DNA from: Eremomyces bilateralis CBS 781.70
Taxonomy: Eukaryota
DNA length: 44,512 nucleotides
Direction: 5' to 3' (one strand)
Assembly (NCBI GenBank): GCA_010015585.1
Contig: ML975165.1
Shown here: positions 10,249 through 22,470 of the stretch, one piece after another
How the letters are laid out: each line of letters begins with the position of its first letter
Numbering within the stretch: position 1 is the stretch's first letter
Translations under genes and position numbers: made by a program
The notes under the pieces: model-generated
What the model was told of the DNA's origin: nothing
The model's input: only the letters and a program-made list of their open reading frames with translations
The model's database searches: none

Positions 10249-12039
10249 ATGGATGCACTTCCAGGTCTCCCTGATGGGCTGCTCGCTCGCCTGGCTTTGC
10301 TTGCTACTGTCGCCCTTGTGTCGTCCTGTGTCTGGAGTTACTTAAGGTCACCACTCCGCCATGTCCCCGGCCCGTTTTTCGCCCGTATCTCCGATCTGTG
10401 GCGGGTCGGGAGCTGGTGGACGGGCCATGCGCAACTGACGCTGATCCAACTGCACCGCCGCTTCGGGTCTGCTGTACGGCTGGGACCGAATATGATCAGT
10501 TTGAGCGATTCGAACTTGATCAACGTCGTCTACTCCAGTAAGACGCCATGGATCAAGGTGAGCATCGAAAACGATGCCTGAAGCACCTCGTGCCAAGCAA
10601 AATTGAATCTCCGAATGATCGCTGAGTAACTATTGTATAGAGCGATATGTATGCATCGAACGATGTTGTCGTCGATGGCGTCGTCACCTCCAATCTCTTC
10701 AACACGACGGATCAAGCGTGGCACACCAAGATGGTGAAGCCATTGCGCAACATTGGCACCGTTACCAAAACGCTCGCCTTCGAGCCGGCCGTGGACGAGA
10801 CGATCGAGATTTTCTGCTCCAAGCTAGACCAAATGGCGAGCGAAGGCGTCGTAGTTCCAATGGAGAAATGGTTGCTTTGGTGTAATATGCATCGCTCGTG
10901 CAGTAGAATGACGAAAGTACTTACGCCGACCCATTAGTTGCATACGACTGCCTCCATAAGCTCACCTTTGGCTATCATCGCGGCTATCTCGAGACAGGTA
11001 GCGATGTCGGGAATTTCATCAAAGACGCATATGGCGGTTTGATCTACTTTGGCTTGGTATCGTTCCCCCTTCTTCGGACGAGAATACGGCACTGACAGTT
11101 CTCCAGTGCGTGAACATGCCCTTGCTTGACCGTTTCCTGATGAAGAACCCTTTGATGAAGCCGTTTCTCGGTCCCCCGCCCTTCCTCTGGGCCTTCCAAC
11201 AAGCCTACGCTGACGTGGCCGAACGCAAGCGAAAGCACGAGGCTGAAGGCACGTCCCCCGGGTCCTCGGACTTCCTCGATCTCTTCCTCGGGGCGCGAGA
11301 TTCATTCCCCGATATCGTCAGCAACGACGACGTGGTGGTGAATTATCTCTTCGTGAACCTAGTGGCCGGGTCGGACAACACGGGGATTTCCTTGGCTGCG
11401 ATCGTCTACCATGTCTACCGCAACCCGCGGATTCTCGAGAAGCTCCGGAATGAATTGGAGGTCGAGAAGGTCAATGGTACGCTTCCTGCCTCGTATCGTG
11501 ACACAAGCCGCCTTCCATACCTTGATGCCGTCGTGCATGAGGGTTTGAGAATTCATCCTCCTATCGGACTGCCCCTCGAACGTGTCGTTCCCGCTAGTGG
11601 TTGGCAGATGCCGGACGGTGGCCCATTTATCCCGGCAGGCACGAAAGTTGGGATGAACTCATGGGTGAGCAATCGAGACGAGAAGACATTCGGTCCTGAG
11701 GATGTGGACGAATTTGTGCCGGAGCGGTGGATGCCGAGAAACGGAGAGTCGGACGAAGCGTGGAAGGGGAGGTTGGGCCGGATGAAGAGCTTGATGCTCA
11801 CATTTGGTTTTGGGACTCGGATTTGTACCGGAAAGAGTGTCGCCATGATGGAGTTGTATAAGGTCGTGGGAACTTTAGTCGGAAAATATGATGTGAGTCC
11901 CTTGTTCCTCCTCTGATAGATGGATTTCACTAATGATGTGGCACCGTAGATGACTTTTATGACACCCGAGTGGAAGATGGAGAATATATGGTTTGTGTTT
12001 CCATCAGGATTCGATGTCAAGATACAGCAAAGAAGATAA
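10249..12039 (+). CDS. Cytochrome P450 (pisatin-demethylase-like clan; multi-exon)
   Basis: N-terminal TM + PLRHVPGP; I-helix AGSDNT; ExxR (EGLR); PERW; heme motif FGFGTRICTG; last exon 11950-12039. Confidence 0.92.
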
Positions 12040-14639
12040 GAGCACGATTGTTGATGTCAGCTGGTCTTTGGAGTGTGGAGCTTCGCCCTAGTTTGTTGCT
12101 CTGCCATCGTCCTTATGGCTGAAAGTGTGAGGGTTGAAAGTGATAATATATGTATTATTATCAGTCTCGAAAGTTGAAGTGGCAAAGGAGATTGATAAGA
12201 ACGCTACGGTGCTAAGCTGGTTGGCAATATAATTTTGTTCTGTAGTACGGAGTACTCCGTATGGAGTACTGCAATAGAGCTTAGTACCTAAAGAGGTTAG
12301 CACGGCGGTCAAACTATTAGCGGGGGGCTGGCGGCACGTGTCACCTCAGCTGATCATTGGAGAGGTTTTGCAACCTCGAAAACCATTTTACAACTCGATT
12401 TACAACTCCACAGAAAAAGCGGTTAATATCTCTATATAAGGTTAGCGTATAAACTATTTGATAATATTAAGCCTAAGGCAACGAGGCAACAAAACGCTGT
12501 AGAAGTTGTGAAAAATAATTTCAAGGCATCAACATTTTGGCCTAAAGCATCAAAATCTTCGGTTCCGGCCAATCAAACTTCACCAAAGTTCGTTAGCGCA
12601 TTTACAACCAGTTGTAACTCGATTACAACTCAAGATCGGATGAATTGACATACCAGTACGTCCGGTAGCTACCTTGCCGGAAAAGACATCGCATCCATCT
12701 CCTCGGACATTAAGAGGGTTGTCACCGAAACTCAGTGAGTTTGATGAAAGAGGAAGGTCCACCTCGACTTCCCACAAAAAACACGGGAAACTGGGACCCA
12801 CATACGGGCCGTTCCCTGACAGGTACAGAGCGCAAACAGTTTTCGTCGCAGATCCACAAACAGCAATAACACCGACCAAGCACCAACATCACAACCACGG
12901 GACTGTACCTCATCGTGGTGGTTGGGTCTAGTAGCCTCTCGAAGGGTGAAGCTAAGACAGTCTCAACGATCGATCACGACGTTGAAATACAGCCTATCTA
13001 CACCCGGTTACCGAAATACTCTTCCCCTAAGCGAGGACTGTTATCCGCTCGAAAAGAACCACGAACCACGGCTATCGTAGCCCACGGACAAGCAAGAAAT
13101 TGATCACAAAGATACGGCTGTGGAGGAAAGGGGATACCGACCACCGACATATAGTGGCGTAACGGACGGAGATAGGGGTTTTACGGAGCATAGTTCTCGA
13201 TCGTGACCTCCCCGTCGCGCCTCTATGCCTAAGGGAACGAGCTCGTTGGATGAAGGGTTTTAGATCGCTTTTAACGCTTAGTCAGGACCTACCGCAAGTA
13301 GGAGATCTCCTAGTTAGGTTTTTCCCCCCGTGAGTCTCACGAGACCCAGACGGTCTGGGGCCTGCGGAATCGCCACGACGAGATGGTTTTCAGCCCCCAA
13401 GGATGGCACGTATGGAACTCAGCTTGGTGAACGGTGGTAGGGATGTATATCGCGTAGTATATGTGCTTTTGCAACGTTTTAGTACTGTATACGAGGATAG
13501 ACTGCTGCCAGAGCCTCTGGCTGAGCACCCAGCAGTCGGAGCTAGTGCGCCCATATCGGCCTTTGCTAAGTAGGATCTAGAATATGTATTCAGGGGAATG
13601 ATACAGGAGCAATGAGGCAGGGCCTAATTCAGGGGTAATGGGTCGGGGAATGATACAGAAGCAATCGGTTGGGGAGTTGTACGACCGTAAGGGAGATAGA
13701 GAAACGATTGGAGATGTCAAATTCCATTTCCCAAGCACCAGGAGGAGCCAAGGATTCGTAATTGACCAGGGACCGTGACACTTCATTCCAGGTCGATTAG
13801 CCCGTCGATAGACTTTGCATCTATTTAATAACGTATCGATCCTACTGTTGAGTGATAGCGAGAGAAGAGACAAACTCGTTACCATGAATGGGACCCTCTG
13901 AATTGCAATAAGAATCGGAGCACCTGAATGTGTTTGTCGAAAACGGGATTGTGACCCTTTCAACCACTAAAGACCTCCGCAAGTTTCGTCGAAACTAACA
14001 ATTTGGTCGATACTCTGGTGGCGGAAAGAAGTAATAGACCTTGGTAAACTCAACACGAACACATATATAGCTGCCTTCTAGATCAGAGTGTCTTGCGCGT
14101 CTAACTCTTATTGGGTCCTAGCCTAGCCTTGTGTTAGGATCTCAACTCATACCAGTGAAGATCAATATGATTACAATATAGCCCCAAAGGGATCAAGCAG
14201 AGGATACTGAAGTGTGCGAAGTATGTATTTCTTAAACCAGATTTTCGATCTTTTCGAGGCGATCCGCTTGCGGTTCTCTTCCTCATTAACCGAATGATCT
14301 GCCGGAAGCTCCATTTAGCATATGTGGCTTAGAGTAAGACTGGAAGGCAGCTCTAGAGCCAGGAGAGATGTACAGCAGAGTTTACTCATTTATCAGAATT
14401 CAGAGTAATATGGTACAGACGCAAGGCGAAATTATCAGGTGAATGTATGAATGTTACTTTGCCGAAACATTAACTAACCTATTTTCCCCGCCGTTCCCAG
14501 AAACGCCATCATGCGATGAGACCGTAGTCCAGCGATCCAACGCTGAGCTTGCGTCGGCTGTGTGTGTAAGCAAAATCTAAGTCATACATAATATAACAAA
14601 TCCGAAAACGCTTTCCGCCAATGGTAACTTTTGAGTCCA

Positions 14640-16764
14640 TTACGTTCTACCCACATTGTGGAAGGAGTTGTATAAGCTGCCTTTGTTGACTCCCCAGTAC
14701 CCCTTGCCCCTGAGTCCGAAGAAACCGTTCCATGCTTGAAGTGACTCCGGACGAGTACGCAAGTTCCATTTCACGTAATCGAAGACGTATGCTGTCTGCT
14801 GCTTGAACTTTGACAGGAGAGTATCGGATATATAACGCTGAGACGTACACGGGCTTGGAGGATACCTCATGTCATGCAACCCGTTGAAAAAAGGGTCGCA
14901 TATTGTCCCGCTAAACGACAGGGCCGAATACACGAAGTCCGCGTCTCTATCTTGAGTCCACTGTTGGTCTTTCTGTGCCTTTGCAAAAACGTCCTCAAGT
15001 AGTTTCAGCGACCAATGGCACGCAACAAGACTTAGAGCAAAATGTTGCGTGGGGTTCAAGGACATTTCTGGTGCCACGTAGAAAGCTCGTCGGTCGGGAA
15101 GGTGATGTTTGCCAACATATTTTCGAAATATGGACATGCGGAATCCCAGTGGAATTTCAACCTCAACATCGTGAGGTCCGGCAGTCTGATTCTGCTTTGA
15201 GCCGTTTGCCAGAACAGGGAATCGTTCCAGCCCTTGAATAGCAATTGTCCGGAGCAGTCCTGACAAGCGTGTTTGTGCATTACTAGGGGACTTTCTCGGT
15301 CTATATTCCCACCCTTGTAGCTCTGCAATCGTGAGGATTGCTTCGTCAAGAGTTCCCAATAGCGTATTGTTGTAATCAACTGATAAAGGATATACTTAGT
15401 CGCAGATCAGATCGAGGTTTAAGGAGGCCTACCGAAAACTAGCAGTGGGTTGAGCATGACAAGTTCGCTGACATAGCAACCGGCCCAGTGTACCTTCCTG
15501 ATAGACTGCTGGCGTCTTTGGAGGTACGGTCTACAGCGGTCGCATGGGAAGCCATTGTAGCACTACCAAGACCGTGTTAGCATCCGCAGCCGATGAAATA
15601 GGGCATACACGTACTGGTTGCTTGTCATGTTTGCACCGAGCACACTTGGTAGCATTTTTCAATTTTCCGCTAGTAACAGCTACACTGTGATGCTCACTTG
15701 TGTACCCGGAAATTTGCCATTCTGTGCAATTATTCGCGTATGCAACGCTCGTCTTTGCTTTCTTCGTTGATGCTGTTGATTGAAGGGGCTCATCCCCAGG
15801 CAAGACACCGCCGGTCCCTTTCGTATTCAGTAGATTGGATGATTCTTCTTGGAATGACGCCTGAGATGGATGTGAGGGATTTGATACATGCCACGAAAAG
15901 CCAGAAGTCGGATGCGACCTCTTTAATCGTTGATGTGATGATTTAGTCTCCGCTGCACAGCTGTCTAAAGACCGAATATCTGAGACTGGGGTGAATGATT
16001 GAGTCACATCGATTCCAGCAGGAGAATAAACGCCAGACCATGAGCCTGATATCTCAATGGTTCGGTCATTTGGTATCAACCCTTGGTCGGATACGTAATT
16101 AGCCAAAGCGCAAGATTGGAACGCTTCGTCAAAATCAGCAGTCGACAAAGTGACGCGTGGCGATGCTGGTATAGAATGAACTGGTAATTGATCCATATCC
16201 TGTGTTGGCATCGTCTCTTCTAGGCCGTAGCTGAGCGCTGTACTATTCTTCAAGGGCGATGAGACGGTCAAGGACATCTGCATGCTTCCATTAATTGCCA
16301 GAAGTTCTTGGCCCCCGGCATCGATCGTACGATCACTCATCGCCTCGGAAACCATGCTTAAGCGCATCGGGCTACTGGTTGTATGCCCGTCCGGGCACTT
16401 TAAAGCTCTGTTTCCGCAATGAGATTCTGCATGAGGAGCGTGTGAGATTGATGGCAAATCCACTGCCGTCATTGCGGCTGCGCTGGAGGCGATATTTGCC
16501 TCGGAATCTTGATACACTTCCGGTTCGCTGGCTGCTTGGTTAGCCACAATATCAGAGACCCAGGCTTCATTGAAAAAAGAAGGCTCCCTATTGGAGTGTC
16601 AGTGGATACATCAAATACGCTTTTCATATTCAACTCAAACCATACTCAAGTAGGGGTGGCTGCACCTGGGGATACCAAGGTGTAAGAGCGCTTTCGTCGT
16701 TGGAGGTTGACTCCGCATCGTATAGGGTGAGTTCCAGGAGGTGCTCGCAGGAGTTCATGGTCAT
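14640..16764 (-). CDS. Zn(II)2Cys6-like protein with internal, atypically spaced cluster (4 exons)
   Basis: Splicing out intron 15563-15614 gives CARCKHDKQPCYNGFPCDRC-x18-C; flanking exons join in frame through canonical GT-AG introns. Confidence 0.7.
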
Positions 16765-19043
16765 CACTGTAGCTTATAGTTGAGGAAATAAAACAGACTC
16801 TCGTGACCTGAAGGGAGCAAATTTCAAACTCCGACAGAAAAGAGACTCGGTGAATTTACAGTTGACTTGCAAAGCTGCGTGAATGACAACACTGCAACTG
16901 GTGCGAGTGAAAAATTCCAATAATGGAAATCCGATAGAGAAGTTGAGCCGCAATTAGCAAGTTTGCATGGGATAAAGTCGATAAATTCGAATCCGAGTTA
17001 GGGATAGCGCGTGTTTCAATGCGTTTGTTGCTTTCCCTCGCATTGGACCAATCATATGGTCCAGGCCATCTAATCTACGCATTTGCCAGAGAATGTGTCG
17101 TCAGCACTACCCAATCTCTTTACCTCCATGTCCTGTATGCATGCAACTGCTCCTGCAGGACAAAATTACGGGCTCCAGAAATCGATGTATCGACTTTAGT
17201 GATTAGAGCCAAGAACGACCGTTTGTTTGTGGTTGTAAAAGCGAACTGCTATCAAACCCTCACTGTCAGTGATCGTCCGGTAGAGGACTATGACTCAGGT
17301 GGCTGAGTTATTTTGGAATTTTTGGACGGCAAAGATGATTTCTCTGCCCCGCGCATCGATCTTGAACTGGAGAAATGAAGCGAAAGGCCATGCCACAAGG
17401 ATATTGCCAAGCCACCTGAGAGTTCATACAGCACACCCTTCAGCGGAGTAAAAGATAGTTCTGGTAGAATTCGTCCTTTTAGGTTCGGGGCGGACAACAA
17501 GCCCATCAAAGTTATGTTCAGCACCAAGACTCTTCTGGTAGAATGGATTGAAACGTGAGAACGACTGCACATCGTTAATCCCTCTGGCAACAATAGCCAA
17601 TGGCATCGATCCTCTGACATGCGCAACGATTGAAAGACTGGAGGTCTCGTAGAGGGTATCAGCATAGATACCAGTCATTGGCACATCGACCAATACGCGG
17701 CGTACGAGCGTCCCGGGGCCGCTAAAAAGAGATTCGGGTTAGATAGTCTGAGCCGAACTGCAACAAGGTAAGATGATTCGTTCTGGGCTTATGTACTGGA
17801 GGAGCTGTCGTTCGATGATTTCAGTCCCAATTCGGAATCGAAACTTGCATTGGGAATGAACACACCTCCCCAACTGTCACCCCTCCTATTCCCACACAAT
17901 TCCCCATGCTTATTCGGATCCTTTATCAAAACGTAACTCATTTCACAACAAAACTAAAACAATTGTCAACTTCTTAGCGACTGCAACATCTCACCCAAAC
18001 GTTGTGCAAACATGGTTCAAAATTCAGATACGTTGTCCAAAGGAGAGTGTATCCAACTAATCGCCGTTCTTCTGATTGCCATATATGGCCCAGTTGGATG
18101 GTGGCTATCATATATGCAGAATAGACGCGGTGAGGCCATCTATATGTGAGACAGTGCTTCTTAATAGTCAACTAATATTCTCAAGCTCGTGAACATGGAC
18201 GCCCCGATACTCCAAATGAACAAGCATAGACTTAGCTGTCAACGAGAACGATATTGGAATTGGAACGAACAAAAGATGGTTCCGAAAAAACTTTAGTATG
18301 GTATTTCTCTCAATGCGATAGGATATGTGAAACCGGGATGAAAAGCTAACTTCGAAGCGAACATAGTTTATGTGTAATGGGCGGTGTTCACCCCGTCAAG
18401 GTTTCACAATGCAATACTGGGACAGCGTACTATACTCGCTCTTCTTTCGGGTCTGAATATAGGAGCGACAATTCGAAAAACTGAATGAAACATCTCACCT
18501 GTTGGAGCATGTTCTCTCAAATCAAGATATCGGTTCATTGCCAGTCAACATGAATTTCGTCTCACACAAGGCTGAATCATGCGATCGTCTCCATGATACT
18601 TAGTGGGCTGAAGAAGCGTTGAAAGGCATTGCGCAGAAAATGAAGCAGGAATGCTGATAGCAATTCAAACTTTTGCGAACAACTCATGCGATGTCGTCTG
18701 ATTTAAAGCGGTGCTAGTAGGCAAACATGGTAAGCGGACCATTATTGTTTGCCTCTTTTCCAGCCCAATTACTACGGACTACTTGAGAGCCCCGACACTA
18801 GTGCTGTGGGACGCTTGAGCCTCAAGTAGTGTGGTCGATAATAGCTGCCAATGTGCCATAACTCGGGTTAGCAATTTTGGTCCTCACATTATTGGCAGGT
18901 TGCAAGTGCGCTACCAGTTCTTACGCAAATTAGATGAAGAAATTAATATCTTATCTTTATTTTATAGGCTGGTGAGATTTTCCCACCAGGTTTTGAGATT
19001 TGGCAGCTGAGATTTGTCCCCCCTTTATTTGTCCCCTGCGCTA

Positions 19044-20551
19044 ACGTATTCCACAAGCGAGCCGCCACCTCAACCAGAAAACGCGACACTCGGTCTACAA
19101 ACAACAATGTCTCAATCAATTGATGCTCAATCTATTCAAAAAGAGGGTCGTTTATCTTTAGCTATACACGCTACCGATCAAGGCCAAATTCAGAACAATC
19201 TACAAGCTGCAGCTATATTCAACGTCCCTAGAACAACTCTTAGAGATCGACGCGCTGGAATCCTTTCACGACGCGACTGTACGCCCAATTCAAGAAAACT
19301 TACGGATCTAGAGGAGAGTGTTATTATTCGACATATCTTGGACCTAGATTCGCGAGGATTTGGGCCCCGGTTGGGTGGTGTTGAAGATATGGCCAATAAG
19401 CTACTTGCTGCTCGGGATAGCGGACGCGTCGGCGTCAATTGGGCCTCAAACTTTGTTAAGAGGACACCTGGGCTCAAAATGCGCTTCAATCGACGGTTAG
19501 ACTACCAGAGGGCCCAGAATGAGGACCCAGAGATTATGAAGGGCTGGTTTGAGCTCGTACGCAATACTATCGCCAAGTACAGCATCCATGAGGACGATAT
19601 CTATAACATGGCGTCTCTTAATCATTGATGGGCATGAGAGCCATAACTCGCTTCAATTCCAGGAATTCTGTAAAGAGAAGAACATTATTACACTTTGTAT
19701 GCCTCCGCACGCGTCCCACATTCTCCAGCCGCTTGATGTGGGTTGTTTTGGGCCACTGAAGAAGGCGTACGGGTATCAGATCGAGGGCTTGATACGGAAC
19801 TCTATCAACCATATCACCAAACTCGAGTTCCTACCAGCATTCAAAGCCGCACACGAAGCCGCTCTTACGAAGAAAAATATCCGTGGGGCCTTCCGAGGCT
19901 CAGGGCTAGTTCCGTACGATCCAGAAGCAGTGATTTCGAAGCTCGACGTCAGACCAAGGACTCCGACTCCAGCCGCTGAGGATGCTCAATGGGAGACGAA
20001 AACACCAAGCAACGCTATTGAATTGACGGCTCAATCGAAGCTAATTCAAGGCCGTATTACGAACCATCAAAATAGCTCGCCTACGCCAATCAATGAGGCG
20101 CTTGATCAGTTCGTCAAGGGCGCCCAGGCAATGGTCCATTCGCTCACGATTCTGAAGGGCGAAAACGAGACTCTTCGAAAGGCAAACAAGCTCGCAACGC
20201 AACGAAGACAACGAAAAAAAAGCGGATTCAGGAGCGAGGGTCTTTGACTATTGGGGAGGGGGAGGATTTAATTAATCATTCCGCCATTGAGTCCCAAATT
20301 TCTCAAGAAATACGTCAAAGTCGTACCCTACAGGATGGGGCTACGCCGCGTCGAAGGCGATGTGGACGCTGTCGTGAGGTAGGACATCGTATTGAAACAT
20401 GTCCTCTAGGTCGGCAAGATACTGTAGAATAGACTGGATATTATAAATAATTGATTTTATTTGGCGTTGTAGAGAAATCTGTACTTGAAGTGGTTTGGTA
20501 TAGGTTGAGGTGGCGGCTCGCTTGTAATGGCGGCTCGCTTGTGGAATACGT
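19044..20551 (+). mobile_element. Fot1/Pot (pogo-like, Tc1-mariner) element, internally deleted
   Basis: TIRs begin ACGTATTCCACAAGCGAGCCGCCA; TA on left flank; ~1.5 kb. Confidence 0.93.
19107..20432 (+). pseudogene. Fot1-type DDE transposase with deletion and frameshifts
   Basis: HTH_psq (FNVPRTTLRDR), CENPB HTH, IYN fused out of frame to RLLIIDGHESH, HILQPLDV, C-terminal CGRC-x3-GH-x4-C; DETG region missing; frameshift in A-run near 20214-20221. Confidence 0.9.
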
Positions 20552-21595
20552 AACTAATACTTCGATTACCTTATACCTACCTGATTTTGGACATGGCCAT
20601 TTTGATTCCCGGGGGCTAGGAAGACATCGCTGGCGGATATTGTCGCTTGGGGATTAAGCATATCCTGCTGCAATCCGTCGGGTGGCATCTCAATGCCTTG
20701 AATGGCCTGGCCTGTTGTCACCGAATGGAAAGTATTTTGATGATCGACTCGCTGCTCTTTAATGCCCTCTGAAAAACTCGAAATTGTCGTATGCAGTTAC
20801 GGATGCGCCGCTCTATCCCATGCATTTCACCTGCGCCGCGGAACGGTCTGGCTGTTCTTTGATGACTTTGATGATGGTACCGTAACTGGTGATGAAGCCT
20901 AGACGACTGAGGAGTTCAATTTGCTCGCGTTTAACACCTTTGGAATGAAGGTAGATGCCGAGAGTCGTCTGGAAACCTGTATGACTGTTTTTCCGCTGGG
21001 AAAAACAGAGAATTGACATGATTGCTACGATTCGAGAAACCGGCTCTTTTTGGGCCGTATAATATTGCTGAGCTTTAGGTGCCATGATGTCCCTAATAAG
21101 CTGCAGCAACAAAGGCGCCTCTTCCTGTATTGTGTGCAGGATTTTATCCATACCCAGTGCGTCAAACCCACCACTCTTGGAAGCCGGATCGTATTTGTTA
21201 AATAGGGCCAGATCTCCTAGCCTTTCTACCTCTCTTCGTAACTCATTGTTGCCCAGATCCAAGATCTCAATAATAGACTGCCTGCCACCATCCCACTGTT
21301 GATCTACATCGCCAAAGTAGGACTTCAGAACTTCCGGATCTTTATATGCAGCTGCAGCAAAGGCAGCCTTCCGGCGAGTATTGTTAGAACCATCGGAGAA
21401 AGCTAACGTCTTGACGAAGTCGGAAACTCCCCAGCGGAATTCGTTGCGCATGAAATTGCACACCATATTAAGTTTTTCGACATCGGAGCGGGGCGATCGT
21501 CGACGGCCGCTGCGGCCAGGTGGCGGTAACAATGAAGATGGAGCAGATACGTTATCTTCTGCTACAGTCGAAGGAGATGAACCTTTGGAAACCAT
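20552..21595 (-). pseudogene. Truncated paralog of the DUF6589-like/AcademH transposase (N-terminal ~340 aa)
   Basis: APLL...MAPK, SILCFS, YLHSKGVKR, AYDNFEF, SVTTGQ..G..MPPDGL align with the 4537-1797 gene; TAG at 20813-20815 and frameshifts. Confidence 0.85.
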
Positions 21596-22470
21596 ATTCA
21601 GAGATCAGCTGTCCGAGAGTTCTACGTCAGTTTAGCAAGCATATACGAATCAATAGGCAGAAGGAACTCACTCTCTTCCGTCCTTAAGGTTCGCTGTTAG
21701 TTATTAAATTATTCTTGCATCTTCAATATCAATGCTGTAACTTACTACTATTACTCAGGATTCTTTATGACTACTTAGCCACCTCGCCTTATGAGATCGG
21801 GGATTTAGGAATATGTTTGGTTGTCGACTTGGACGCGCTGTTTGGCTTCGTGTTTTGATGTCGATTTCGAGACGAGTTCGGAGATGAGCTTGGAGGGGCA
21901 ATTTGCATGCCACGAACGTCAACGCCGCCAAAAGTTTTCAAATTTGGCCCAGGCCCTTCGTGTGGGTGACCCATTTTGGGTTAGCGCCTTGGCGTCCTAC
22001 CGAAGGGCCTGAGAGCCTGAGGTAACGTTTTTCGGCTGGATACTCTGATGCCTTAACGCCTCAACGCCTCACCAGCACTGCACGCTGCTGCTGTGCTGCA
22101 CGTGGAGGCGTCACACATGCAGACACGGACCGGGGCCGGGCAAACCTCCCGCAAATCCCCGCTCCGTTCTCCGGACATTCCCCCCGATGATCAATGGGGT
22201 ATGAAGTCTGGATTTCCAACCCATCTGGACCTGATCATCCATTTTCCTCTTCCTTCATTCCCCGGTCCCATTTGATTTCTATTCTTTCCAGCCTCGGACC
22301 CTCGGTACCTTCACGTTTCCATCTGAAAACTTGTCAGAGTCCTTCCTGTATTCGTATCACCATGAAGTTCCGTTGATCTGGTAAGCTCGCGATTGCGGGG
22401 ACCCCGAGCGTTCGGATTCGACTGGACGGCTTTCGTGGACTTAAGATTTCGATATAGACGGATTACAACC

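Noticed and set aside
13100..13580. Hairpin-rich stretch (GTGAGTCTCAC, CCCAGACGGTCTGGG, CCAGAGCCTCTGG) considered as an ncRNA, telomerase RNA or LTR
   Set aside because: No telomerase template, LTR ends, second copy or recognisable RNA family; may be a decayed gene
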